From Ilumatobacter sp. (GTDB lineage Bacteria > Actinomycetota > Acidimicrobiia > Acidimicrobiales > Ilumatobacteraceae), in assembly GCA_051275435.1 (NCBI GenBank), contig JBNMOS010000001.1, positions 8,567 to 72,566 of the forward strand: a stretch of 64,000 nt of DNA. The letters run 5' to 3'. Shown piece after piece: positions 37,393 to 46,779 of the stretch. Under the pieces are notes generated by a model. It was given only the letters and a program-made list of their open reading frames with translations, did no database searches and had not been told where the DNA came from. The position numbers were made by a program, and so were the translations under genes. How positions within the stretch are numbered: the first letter of the stretch is position 1; each line of letters opens with the position of its first letter.

Positions 37393-38628
37393 TCAGCCTT
37401 TGGATCGAGCGTTGACCTTCACGAACGCCTCGTTGACGCCGTCGCCGATGTGGGCTGAGCAGCCGGCCATGTCGATGTCGTTGGGACGCGACGGGGGAGC
37501 GATGTCGGTGATGATTCGCTGGGCGATCGACCGGAACATGTCGGCGGCAGCGCCAGTCCCCTCGATCGCTACAGGGTTTCCAGCGTCGTTGCCGGCGGCA
37601 ACCGTCGGTTCAAGAGGGATCTGACCGAGGAGCGGTGCGCCAATGGCCTCGGCCAGCGCAGCGCCACCGCCAGAACCGAACAGCGGGTACGACTCGCCGT
37701 GGTCGCAGGTGAAGGCACTCATGTTCTCGATCACGCCGAGCACCTTCAGAAAGCTGCGACGGGCCATGTCGGCAGCGCGTTGAGCGACCTTTTGTGCAGC
37801 AAGTGCAGGTGTGGTGACAACCAGGAGCTCGGTACTCGGCAACATTCGGGCGAGGCCCATTTGTACGTCACCGGTGCCGGGCGGCATGTCGATCAGGAGG
37901 TAGTCGAGCTCGCCCCAGCGCACGTCGCGAAGGAACTGTTCGACCGCCTTCGTCAGCATGAGGCCGCGCCACATGAGCGCAGTTTCCTCGTCGACCATGA
38001 AGCCCGTCGACACGACCTTGAGCAGGCCGTCGCCGACTACGCGCTCGTTGGGGAAGATCTTCGGGGTGCCGGGCTCGCCATCTTCGCCTGTCACGGGATG
38101 CGCTTCGAGTCGGTCAGAGATGCCGAGCAGCCGCGGAATCGAGAATCCCCAAATATCAGCGTCGAGCACACCGACGGTGAGCCCCGTCGAGGCCAGCGCT
38201 GCAGCGAGGTTGACCGTGACGGATGACTTACCGACCCCGCCTTTGCCGCTGGCAATTGCAAGCACCTTGCAATTGGCAGGGACTTCGGTGGCCTGGGCAT
38301 TTTCTCGAGCGTTCCAACGCGCCTTCGTCATCACTTCGCTGCGCTCTTCCGAGTTCATCTCGCCCCAGGTGATCTTGACCTTCGAGACACCCGGGTGCAG
38401 CTCGACCCGATCTTTGACTTCCTTCTGGATCTCGGCACGCATCGGGCAGCCGGAGATCGTCAGCTTGATTTCAACATTGACGATGCCATCGGGATGCACG
38501 ACCAGCGAGGGGACCATGCCAAGCGACACGATGTCGGCACCCAATTCTGGGTCGATCACCGATCGGAGCACTTCCATCACCTCGTCGCGGCCAGGAGGCG
38601 GAGCAGTTGTGGGCAGTGCTGAAGCCAT
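37393..38628 (-). CDS. mrp: Mrp/ApbC (NBP35) Fe-S carrier ATPase with N-terminal DUF59
   Basis: VIDPEL..LTISGCP, SGKGGVGKS, DADIWG, MWRG, IDMPPGTGD, ENMS. Confidence 0.92.
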   Translation of the reverse strand: MASALPTTAPPPGRDEVMEVLRSVIDPELGADIVSLGMVPSLVVHPDGIVNVEIKLTISGCPMRAEIQKEVKDRVELHPGVSKVKITWGEMNSEERSEVMTKARWNARENAQATEVPANCKVLAIASGKGGVGKSSVTVNLAAALASTGLTVGVLDADIWGFSIPRLLGISDRLEAHPVTGEDGEPGTPKIFPNERVVGDGLLKVVSTGFMVDEETALMWRGLMLTKAVEQFLRDVRWGELDYLLIDMPPGTGDVQMGLARMLPSTELLVVTTPALAAQKVAQRAADMARRSFLKVLGVIENMSAFTCDHGESYPLFGSGGGAALAEAIGAPLLGQIPLEPTVAAGNDAGNPVAIEGTGAAADMFRSIAQRIITDIAPPSRPNDIDMAGCSAHIGDGVNEAFVKVNARSKG

Positions 38629-38668
38629 AGGGGCTATTTTACCGGCCAAAACCGTGTAATCTCCTCAC

Positions 38669-39352
38669 GTGTCCACGTCGCAACTCGATCTACTCAAGAC
38701 CTTGGGCGACAACACGCGTTACGCCATCTATCTCGAACTCGCCCGAGCGTCGGCGCCAAAGACCACCGCCGAGATCTCCGAAACGCTCTCGCTCCACGCG
38801 AACACGGTGAGGCCGCACCTTGAACGGATGCGTGAGGTCGGCCTGCTGTCGGTCGAAGTCGGTGGGCGCGGTGATGTGGGCCGTCCGCAACATCGTTATT
38901 CGGTTGCGCCCGATGCCCCATCACTCGGGCTCGAGCCTCCCACGATGCCGGTACTCGCCCGCATGGTGCTGTCGATGGCCAAGCGGCTGCAGGCCACGCC
39001 AGACGACGCCGAGGCCGTTGGATACGACGAAGGCTGTAGTCGGGCAATTGGATACCGCGACGCCCCGTCGACACTCGAAGCGTTGGTCGCCGACCTTGAC
39101 CGTCTCGGATTCGACCCCGTCGTCAGCGACGATCCGCGAGCCGACCTCACCGCCGATGACGCCCTCGCGGCAGTCGTGTCGTTCGCCAATTGTCCGTTCG
39201 CTGACCTCGCTCAGCAACACCCTGACCTTGTCTGCAGCCTGCATCGCGGCCTCGTCACCGGGTTCGTTGCCGACATGGGCGACACCCAGATCGATGACTT
39301 TTGCGATGTCACGAGTCGCACACCTTGCCGAGTCACCGTTTCAACCAGATAA
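38669..39352 (+). CDS. ArsR/SufR-like HTH regulator with Cys-containing sensor domain
   Basis: LHANTVRPHL, GRPQHRY, NCPF, LVCSLH, C-terminal Cys. Confidence 0.8.
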   Translation: MSTSQLDLLKTLGDNTRYAIYLELARASAPKTTAEISETLSLHANTVRPHLERMREVGLLSVEVGGRGDVGRPQHRYSVAPDAPSLGLEPPTMPVLARMVLSMAKRLQATPDDAEAVGYDEGCSRAIGYRDAPSTLEALVADLDRLGFDPVVSDDPRADLTADDALAAVVSFANCPFADLAQQHPDLVCSLHRGLVTGFVADMGDTQIDDFCDVTSRTPCRVTVSTR

Positions 39353-39393
39353 TCTAACTGCACACTGAGAGAGCTCCTGAGGAGGACTGTCAC

Positions 39394-39723
39394 ATGATCA
39401 CACTTACCGAAACCGCAACCAGCAAGGTCGGCCAGCTGCTTCAAGCAGAGGGCGCCGAAGACCTCGCACTTCGCGTTGCTGTCCGCCCCGGCGGCTGCAG
39501 CGGCTTCTCGTACGAGATGTTCTTCGACGGCGACATCGCCGCCGACGACAACGTCACCAACTTTGGTGACGATGGCAAGGTCCGTGTCGTCGTCGACCCG
39601 GCCTCGGCACAGCTCCTCGAAGGCGCCACGCTCGATTACAAAGATGGGCTCGATCAGAGCGGCTTCGCCGTCACGAACCCCAACGCAACCCGCTCCTGCG
39701 GCTGCGGCCAGTCGTTCTCCTGA
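39394..39723 (+). CDS. erpA: A-type Fe-S carrier (ErpA/IscA, HesB family)
   Basis: GGCSGFSY, NPNATRSCGCGQSF; GAGGAGG RBS. Confidence 0.93.
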   Translation: MITLTETATSKVGQLLQAEGAEDLALRVAVRPGGCSGFSYEMFFDGDIAADDNVTNFGDDGKVRVVVDPASAQLLEGATLDYKDGLDQSGFAVTNPNATRSCGCGQSFS

Positions 39724-39856
39724 GCGGCGCCAGATCTCCCGATGCCTGCGTTGCGAGAGCTCCTCGTTGACGGAAGTCAAGGTCGTCGCCTCGCGCCTTG
39801 GCCTCGGAAGATCTGATCACCGCTCAGTACAACGATGAACATAAAGATTGAAGAGG

Positions 39857-39892
39857 ACGCCCGCGGTTTGACCGCGGGCGTTTTGCGTTTTT
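39857..39892 (+). terminator. Intrinsic terminator
   Basis: ACGCCCGCGGT-TTG-ACCGCGGGCGT followed by a T-rich tract. Confidence 0.8.
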
Positions 39893-40012
39893 CTTCCCTC
39901 TTCTCAAACTGAGCGGCGATCAGGTTTTCTTCTCGCAAGGCGCGCTGCGACGGCCATGACTTGGGTCACCGAGGAGCCGGCGGAACGCAGTGAGAAGGAA
40001 ACGTGGCGCCGC

Positions 40013-40918
40013 TCAGCTGGTGAGGAGGGTGAGGCGGCCGTTGAGCTCGGTGGAGTCCCAGACGGCGTCGAGGCGCTCGACGACCACGCCGCTCGCATCG
40101 GTCAGGAACAGCGCCGGCTCGTAGGTCATGCCGACAGCGGTAACTGCCGGAGCGATGTCGATCCCCGCATCGTCGGTGAACACTTCGGCGTGCACGTAGG
40201 TGATCTTGTCGCCGAACAGTTCGCGGCTCGCGACCAGTGCATCGAGTGCGGGCGCACAACTGCCGGTTGAGCAGAACGCCGGCGTGCCCACGTAGTACGC
40301 CACCGGCTTGCCCATGGTGAGTGCGTCGGTCAAGGACACGGTGTGGAACGGGCACGGTTCGGGCGACAGGGTGCACAGCGAGGCGAGGCCCTGCTCGTTG
40401 CCGATCGTCGGTGTGTCGAAGCCTGGGAGTAACTGTCCTGGCGTTGGCACAGCGACCTCGCCGGGCTCCAAGACCTGGAACGCTGCGCCGGTGTCGGGCC
40501 CGCCATCGACGACGAGGGCGTAGACACCGGGCGTGTCGATCGTGGTGCGAAAGTCGTAGTACGGCGCCGGAGCGACGGTCCGCTTCACCGCGGTGAATGC
40601 ACTGCCGATTGGATTGCCATCGATGTCCACCACGCGGGCGCCGAGCGTGGCCGGGCCGTCCTGGATGAATTCAGCAGCACCGGTCGACAGCGTGATCGGC
40701 ATGCGGATCTCGCCGGGGACCAGCACGTTGTTCGGGAATCGCTGGACCAGCGTGAACCCTTCGCCCGATGGGCCGGCTACATCGCTGGCGTCGCCAGACG
40801 AAACGCCACCGTCAGAGCCCGAGCAGGCAGCCAATGCTCCCGATGCGGCGACACCGGCAATAAAGCGTCGTCGGCTGATGCCGGTTCCGAGGTCGATGAG
40901 CCGAGGAAAGTTCGTCAT
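40013..40918 (-). CDS. Tat-exported lipoprotein with thioredoxin-like C-terminal domain, function unknown
   Basis: SRRRF twin-Arg, LAAC lipobox, CT..CPFH and TPAFCSTGSC, HAEVF, YEP. Confidence 0.72.
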   Translation of the reverse strand: MTNFPRLIDLGTGISRRRFIAGVAASGALAACSGSDGGVSSGDASDVAGPSGEGFTLVQRFPNNVLVPGEIRMPITLSTGAAEFIQDGPATLGARVVDIDGNPIGSAFTAVKRTVAPAPYYDFRTTIDTPGVYALVVDGGPDTGAAFQVLEPGEVAVPTPGQLLPGFDTPTIGNEQGLASLCTLSPEPCPFHTVSLTDALTMGKPVAYYVGTPAFCSTGSCAPALDALVASRELFGDKITYVHAEVFTDDAGIDIAPAVTAVGMTYEPALFLTDASGVVVERLDAVWDSTELNGRLTLLTS

Positions 40919-41049
40919 GTGGTCCGGTCGCAAACTGTTGTGGGGGAGGGGGAGGAGACGGAGCGTGAGGGTGAGGGGTAGAGCGGGATGAAAGGAGGCC
41001 AGGCCGGTCGTTGCACTGAGCATCGCGAACGTGCGAATCTTTGCGGGTC

Positions 41050-42624
41050 ATGAACGTGCCTGGAAGCCAAATCCCTCTCCGACGATATCGCCGCCGGATA
41101 CTCGGGTGGGGTGCAGTCGGTGTGATCGGGGCCTTTGCTGTCGGCGCGGCGATCTTCGGGCCTCGTGTCGAAGACGATCTGGAGCGGCGCGTTGTCGCAG
41201 AATTCAACGCTGCTGAAGTCGGGCCCGTCACAGCAAGATTCGATGGCCAGGACGGTGTGCTGCTCTGTACGCAGGGCGTGGTGGAGATTCCCGACGACCT
41301 CCTCGAACGGAGTCGCGGCCTGTGGGGCATCGCCTCGCTCGACGTCGACGAATCCTGCACGCCGGGTGCGATATCGGCTGATGGCGCCGTGTCGGCAGGC
41401 TCGACCACCGAACCCGTAGCGACGGCGCAGCCCGAGGCCACGTCACCATCTGCAGACGCGGACACTGTGGCGAGCTTGGTTGCGAGTGGGTCGCAATTCT
41501 CCACGTTGCAAGGACTACTGAGTGATATCGGGCTCGACGCGACGCTCGCGGGCGACGGACCGTTCACCCTGTTCGCTCCGACCAACGAAGCATTCCAGGC
41601 GCTCGGACCTGACGCGATTGCTGCGCTCGGACGCGATACCGAACTGCTCACCACCGTGCTCAGCCACCATGTCACCGCAGGGGCAGTCGTGAGCGTTGAC
41701 CTCAGTGGTGGAACCGTCGAGATGCTTGATGAATCGTCGATCACCGTCGAGGTGGACGACGGCGTGACGCTCATCAGCGGTGCATCGAGAGCAATGGTGA
41801 CCGAGGCCGACCTCATCGCGGTCAACGGGGTGATTCATGCCATCGACCATGTGCTCGTTCCGGTTGGGGTGACGATAGGCGTCGACACCGCCGAGCCGAT
41901 CCTCGTCGCCGAGGTCGCTGACGGCCAGATTTTCCTGCGAGGCACCGTGGCGACGGATGCGCAGCGAACCCAACTGATTGCGGCCGCAGGCGTCCGGATC
42001 AACCCGGCCAACGTTGTCGATGAACTGGTCGTTGGGCCCGGGAGCGCAGTGACCGATGCCGACGTCGAAGGTTTTGCCAACCTGGCTTCCTTGATGGTCC
42101 CGAATCTCATCAGTGGCGAGGCCACGCTCGCCGGCTCGGGCGTGACGCTGGTCGGCGTGTACGCAACCGACGAGCAGAGCGCCATGCTCACCAGCGTGTC
42201 GGCGGACGACGTCTTCTTTGACCTGACCGAGCGCGCTGCGGCCACCGAGGCCGACGCAGCGCAGCTCGAGGCCGATCTCAACGCGCTCGTGGCTGCCAAC
42301 CCGATCCTCTTCGATCCGGGCAGCACGACGATCGCCGCTGATTCAGCAGCGATCATCGATCGAGTCGCCGCGCTCGCGAACCGTGTCGGAGGCATCGCCA
42401 TTGAGATCCAAGGCCACACCGACACCGACGGCCGTGCCGCAGCGAACCAGCAGCTGAGCGAAGGCCGTGCCGCAGCGGTGGGCAGAGCGCTCGTCGAACG
42501 CGGGATCGCCGCCGACTCACTCACCACCGCTGGCTTCGGCGGTTCACAACCGATTGTTGATGCGGCTGGAGTCGAAGATAAGGCGGCCAGCCGTCGCGTC
42601 GAATTCGTCATCACCGTCCAATAG
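41050..42624 (+). CDS. Fasciclin + BON-like + OmpA peptidoglycan-binding protein (ArfA-like)
   Basis: FTLFAPTNEAF and NGVIHAIDHVL (FAS1); LRGTV (BON-like); IQGHTD..NQQLSEGRA..RRVE (OmpA-C). Confidence 0.85.
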   Translation: MNVPGSQIPLRRYRRRILGWGAVGVIGAFAVGAAIFGPRVEDDLERRVVAEFNAAEVGPVTARFDGQDGVLLCTQGVVEIPDDLLERSRGLWGIASLDVDESCTPGAISADGAVSAGSTTEPVATAQPEATSPSADADTVASLVASGSQFSTLQGLLSDIGLDATLAGDGPFTLFAPTNEAFQALGPDAIAALGRDTELLTTVLSHHVTAGAVVSVDLSGGTVEMLDESSITVEVDDGVTLISGASRAMVTEADLIAVNGVIHAIDHVLVPVGVTIGVDTAEPILVAEVADGQIFLRGTVATDAQRTQLIAAAGVRINPANVVDELVVGPGSAVTDADVEGFANLASLMVPNLISGEATLAGSGVTLVGVYATDEQSAMLTSVSADDVFFDLTERAAATEADAAQLEADLNALVAANPILFDPGSTTIAADSAAIIDRVAALANRVGGIAIEIQGHTDTDGRAAANQQLSEGRAAAVGRALVERGIAADSLTTAGFGGSQPIVDAAGVEDKAASRRVEFVITVQ

Positions 42625-42647
42625 CGAGCACTCAGACAGGAACCGTC

Positions 42648-43259
42648 GTGCCATACACACTTGCCAAATTCTTCTTGTGGGGCCTCCTCATGGCGCTCGC
42701 CGGAGGCGTCATCGGCTGGTTGTTGCGCAGCCTCACCTGCCGCGCCGAGGTCGCTCGCGCAAAGGCGATCACGGTCGACAACAAGGAGCTTGATCGGCTC
42801 CGGGGCCGTCTCGCAAATCTCGAACCGGTGGTCGCCGAACGCGATCGTCTCCGGATGGAACTGGCCGACGTCCGTGGTTCGAGCGCGGGTGCACTCGGGT
42901 TCTCAACCGCAGTAAACACCTCGATCATTCCCGATGAGTTCGACGCTGCCGCTGACCGACCCGAGCTTGATCCGGCTGCAGCATCTGCAGCGCTCGGCAA
43001 GAAGATCCGAATCAACGACCTGACCGTGGTCGAAGGCATCGGGCCGAAGATCTCCGAGCTGTGCAGCTCCATCGGTGTCACGACGTGGGCGCAGCTGGCA
43101 GCTACCGAGGTCGACACGTTGCAGTCGATGTTGAATGATGCTGGCTCTCGGTTCCAGATGCATAAGCCGGGTTCGTGGCCCGCTCAGGCGGGGCTGCTCG
43201 CTGCCGGACAGTGGGTCGAATTCCAACAGTTGACAGCGGACCTCGCCAACGGCACCTGA
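42648..43259 (+). CDS. Membrane-anchored helix-hairpin-helix (DUF4332-like) protein
   Basis: N-terminal TM, coiled coil, DLTVVEGIGPKI..GVTTWAQLA..WPAQA. Confidence 0.75.
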   Translation: MPYTLAKFFLWGLLMALAGGVIGWLLRSLTCRAEVARAKAITVDNKELDRLRGRLANLEPVVAERDRLRMELADVRGSSAGALGFSTAVNTSIIPDEFDAAADRPELDPAAASAALGKKIRINDLTVVEGIGPKISELCSSIGVTTWAQLAATEVDTLQSMLNDAGSRFQMHKPGSWPAQAGLLAAGQWVEFQQLTADLANGT

Positions 43260-43290
43260 GTACGCGTGTTGGCTGGGTTAGATTCAGCCC

Positions 43291-43641
43291 ATGAGCAAGC
43301 CCCTCGGCCCCTACACGCCCGTCGTTCGCGCCGGCGACTTCATCATCATCTCCGGACAGGGCGGTCTGCTTGACGGCACGTTGGTCGACGGTGGTGTGGT
43401 CCCGGAGACCGAGCAGGCAATGAAGAACATCGAGTCGTTGCTCGCCACGATGGGCGCGACGATGAAAGACGTCGTCAAAACCACCTGCTTCCTCACCGAC
43501 ATGGAGGACTACGCGCGGTTCAACGAGGCCTACGTCGCGGCGTTCGGCAACCATCGGCCGTCACGGTCGTGTGTCGCAGTCGCTGAGCTGCCTGCCGGGT
43601 TCGTTGTCGAAGTCGAAGCGTGGGCCTACAAGCCAGCCTGA
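43291..43641 (+). CDS. RidA-family enamine/imine deaminase
   Basis: GPYT, SGQ, VVKTT, NEAY, PSRSCV..LP, VEVEA. Confidence 0.92.
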   Translation: MSKPLGPYTPVVRAGDFIIISGQGGLLDGTLVDGGVVPETEQAMKNIESLLATMGATMKDVVKTTCFLTDMEDYARFNEAYVAAFGNHRPSRSCVAVAELPAGFVVEVEAWAYKPA

Positions 43642-43703
43642 CCCCGGAGCCGCTGTCGGCAGAGAGTTGCAGTGCCGTCAGCGGCGGCCAGTAGTCTGGT
43701 CGC

Positions 43704-43862
43704 ATGCTCGGAGGCATTGCCATCATCATCTTCGTCGTTCTGCTGATTCCGGTCGGCGTCCTGATGACCGGCGCCGTTGCTTCGGCCGTGCTCGGAGAGG
43801 TGCTGCACCGCGACGGGAAACGTCGTTACGAGGGCTCCGAACTCCTCGACATTCCCGACTGA
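43704..43862 (+). CDS. Small membrane protein, 52 aa (below the ORF-track cutoff)
   Basis: MLGGIAIIIFVVLLIPVGVLMTGAVASAVLGEVLHRDGKRRYEGSELLDIPD; GC3-biased codons; TAGTCT 6 nt before the ATG. Confidence 0.7.
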   Translation: MLGGIAIIIFVVLLIPVGVLMTGAVASAVLGEVLHRDGKRRYEGSELLDIPD

Positions 43863-43886
43863 CCCAGCGTCGATGAACAGCTCGCT

Positions 43887-45257
43887 ATGACCGACGTTCG
43901 CGCTGACCTGGTCATCGCGAACGCGCGGTGTGTCGCAACGATGGACGGCGGCCGCCGTGAGATCGCTGGCGGCTGGGTCGCCATCACCGATGGCCTGGTC
44001 ACTGCAGTTGGCGATGGCCCCGCTCCCGAAGCAGCCAAGACGATCGATGCCACCGGCTGCCTGGTCACGCCTGGGCTCATCAATACTCATCACCACCTGT
44101 ATCAGAACCTGACGCGGGCGTTTCCAGCCATGACTGACAAGCCCCTGTTCGGGTGGCTGCAGTCGCTGTATCCGCTGTGGCGGGCGATCGACACCGAGTC
44201 GGTCTATGTGTCGGCCTGGGTCGGCCTGGCTGAACTCGCACTGTCCGGCTGCACCACCTCGTCCGACCACCTCTACCTCCACCCGCACGGCGCAGGCGAC
44301 CTGCTGACCGCCGAGATTGAAGCCGCCCAAGACCTCGGCATCCGTTTCCACCCGACGCGCGGTTCGATGTCACTGTCGGAGAAAGACGGCGGCCTTCCAC
44401 CTGATGACGTGGTCGATGACGACGACGAGATCCTCGCGGCCAGCGAAGCAGCGGTGCTCCGTCACCACGACCGGTCACACGGTGCGATGACCCGCGTGGC
44501 GTTGGCGCCGTGCTCACCGTTCTCGGTCACTGAAGATCTGATGGTCCGCTCGGCCGAGCTCGCGGAACGGCTCGACGTCCGCCTGCATACGCACTTCGCT
44601 GAGAACGCCGAAGATGACGAGTTCAGCCTGGCCACCTTCGGATGTCGACCAATGGAGTACCTCGAACGCACGGGCTGGTGTACCGACCGCACGTGGGTTG
44701 CGCACTGCGTGATGCCCAACCACGACGAGATCCAGCGGCTCGGAGCAGCGGGCGTCGGTGCTGCCCACTGCCCGTCGAGCAACATGATTCTGTCGTCGGG
44801 GATCGCACCGATTGTCGACCTGCGAGCGGCCGGCGTCAAGGTCGGTCTCGGCGTCGATGGCTCGTCGTCAGCCGACTCAGGATCACTCTGGCTCGAAGCG
44901 CGCCAGGCGATGCTGCTCGCCAAACTGCGCGACGGTGCCAATGCGGGCACGGCACGGATGGCGCTCGAGGTTGCAACGCTCGGCGGCGCTGGTTGCCTCG
45001 GCCGTGAGGGCGAGATTGGCGTACTTGCCGTGGGTGCTGTTGGTGATGTTGCCGTGTGGTCGTTGGACGGGCCGCAGTTCGCAGGCGCACTGGCCGATCC
45101 AATTGAGGCCTGGCTGCGTTGCGGCCCGACCGGCGCCCGCGACACGGTGGTTCATGGCGAGCCGATCGTCGCTGACGGCATGCTCGTCAGCGGTCGTCTC
45201 GCGGAGATGCTCGGTGCTCATGCCACGCTCTCCCGCAAGATCCAACAGCTGGATTAA
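43887..45257 (+). CDS. 8-oxoguanine deaminase-like amidohydrolase
   Basis: PGLINTHHH, PCSPFSV, LHTH..E, AHCPSSN, GVDG. Confidence 0.88.
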   Translation: MTDVRADLVIANARCVATMDGGRREIAGGWVAITDGLVTAVGDGPAPEAAKTIDATGCLVTPGLINTHHHLYQNLTRAFPAMTDKPLFGWLQSLYPLWRAIDTESVYVSAWVGLAELALSGCTTSSDHLYLHPHGAGDLLTAEIEAAQDLGIRFHPTRGSMSLSEKDGGLPPDDVVDDDDEILAASEAAVLRHHDRSHGAMTRVALAPCSPFSVTEDLMVRSAELAERLDVRLHTHFAENAEDDEFSLATFGCRPMEYLERTGWCTDRTWVAHCVMPNHDEIQRLGAAGVGAAHCPSSNMILSSGIAPIVDLRAAGVKVGLGVDGSSSADSGSLWLEARQAMLLAKLRDGANAGTARMALEVATLGGAGCLGREGEIGVLAVGAVGDVAVWSLDGPQFAGALADPIEAWLRCGPTGARDTVVHGEPIVADGMLVSGRLAEMLGAHATLSRKIQQLD

Positions 45258-45346
45258 GTGTCCATCGCCTCGGATTGCACGTGGACACGTGACGCGTATC
45301 TCTGTCGAGTGACAGGTCGGAGCGGTGCGCAGTGGCCAGAATGGGC

Positions 45347-46081
45347 GTGATGTCGCCGCGCTCGTTTTCCGTCTACCTTGTCGCGGCTGCGTTGACCATC
45401 GCCGGCTGCGCCGGGTCGACGTCGTCAGCCAGCAACGATGCGCCGTTGCCCACGATCGGGATCGGGTCAGAACTCAACGGCGAGGTCACCGTCGGTGCCG
45501 GTGTTCAAACGACGTCGAACATCGCTATCGACACCGTCGTGATGATTGGCGACTCCATTACTGTGGCCTCAGCACCAGCGCTGCAAGCGGTCTACGAACA
45601 GCTCGGTTTCGACGAGATCATCATCGAGTCGAAGGAAGGTAAGCGGACGGCGCTGACCTTCGGAAGCAACCCGAGCGGGGTCGACATCGCCAGCTTTATC
45701 GTCAACTCGCCCGACCGGGACGACGATCATTCGAACGAGCTCTGGGTCGTTGCATTGGGGACCAACGACATCAACCAGTACGGCGACGCTGCCGAGCGCG
45801 CCGCGGCGATCAACGAGATGTTGCAGACGGTTCCTGAGGAATCTCCACTGATCTGGGTCGATACCTACTTCAAGGACCAGCCTGAAGGCGCTGACGCGAT
45901 GAACGATGCGATCTCTGACCGAGTACTTGACCGCGGCAATAGCACCATTGCCCGATGGAGCTCGGTGGCTGCCGACGACGGCAACCTCCGTGACGATGGC
46001 GTGCATCCGCGTGAGCAGGGCAGCGCGGTCTTCGCTAGCGTCATTTCAGCGACGATCGTCAGTTTCCTGCAGCTGACTTAG
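45347..46081 (+). CDS. SGNH/GDSL-type hydrolase lipoprotein
   Basis: IAGC lipobox, IGDSIT, LGTND, DGVHP; start uncertain (45332-45350). Confidence 0.8.
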   Translation: MMSPRSFSVYLVAAALTIAGCAGSTSSASNDAPLPTIGIGSELNGEVTVGAGVQTTSNIAIDTVVMIGDSITVASAPALQAVYEQLGFDEIIIESKEGKRTALTFGSNPSGVDIASFIVNSPDRDDDHSNELWVVALGTNDINQYGDAAERAAAINEMLQTVPEESPLIWVDTYFKDQPEGADAMNDAISDRVLDRGNSTIARWSSVAADDGNLRDDGVHPREQGSAVFASVISATIVSFLQLT

Positions 46082-46779
46082 CTCTCCCAGCGAGACTCGC
46101 CGAAGCGGTAGCCGACCGATCGCACGGTTTGAATCAGGCCGGCGTGTTCCTCGCCGAGCTTGGCCCGGAGGCGACGAATGTGGACGTCGACGGTGCGCGC
46201 TCCGCCGTAGTACTCGTAGCCCCACACTCGGCTGAGCAGGATCTCGCGTGTGAACACCTTGCCAGGGTTCTGTGCGAGGAACTTAAGGAGCTCGTACTCC
46301 ATGTAGGTCATATCGAGTGACCTGCCGGCCATTGACGCCTGATAGGTCTCCAGGTTGAGGCTGAGCGGGCCGTACTCGACGAGGTCAGAGCTGACGAGCT
46401 GAACCTCACCAGCGAGCAGATGTCGGAGACGCGCCTCGACCTCGGCCGGATGGAACGGTGTGAGACAGAAGTCGTCGTACAAGTCGTCGCGGTGTTCGAG
46501 TTCGGAGAGCTGTGCACCGCCGATCAGCACGAGCACCGGCAGCGAGCTCGCTGGCTGCTTGCGCAATGTTCGGAGAAATGCCCATGCGGCTTCGGGATCA
46601 ACGGTTGCGTCGACAATCGCGCCGGCCCATCCGCCATCGGGTTCTTGCTCGCTGGCAGCGATCAACGTGTTGACCGCATTCCACCTGTAACCCCCGAGGT
46701 CGAGTGTGCGGGCCAGTTCTGGCGTCGTTGGATCGGGGACGACGATGAGCATTGATTTGGCTGGCAGCGTTTCGCTCAC
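46078..46779 (-). CDS. glnR: GlnR-like atypical OmpR-family nitrogen regulator
   Basis: DDF..PF..EVEARL, LETY, TYMEYELL, VWGYEYYGGARTVDVHIRRLRAKLG; GTGA overlap with the glnA stop. Confidence 0.82.
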   Translation of the reverse strand: MSETLPAKSMLIVVPDPTTPELARTLDLGGYRWNAVNTLIAASEQEPDGGWAGAIVDATVDPEAAWAFLRTLRKQPASSLPVLVLIGGAQLSELEHRDDLYDDFCLTPFHPAEVEARLRHLLAGEVQLVSSDLVEYGPLSLNLETYQASMAGRSLDMTYMEYELLKFLAQNPGKVFTREILLSRVWGYEYYGGARTVDVHIRRLRAKLGEEHAGLIQTVRSVGYRFGESRWES

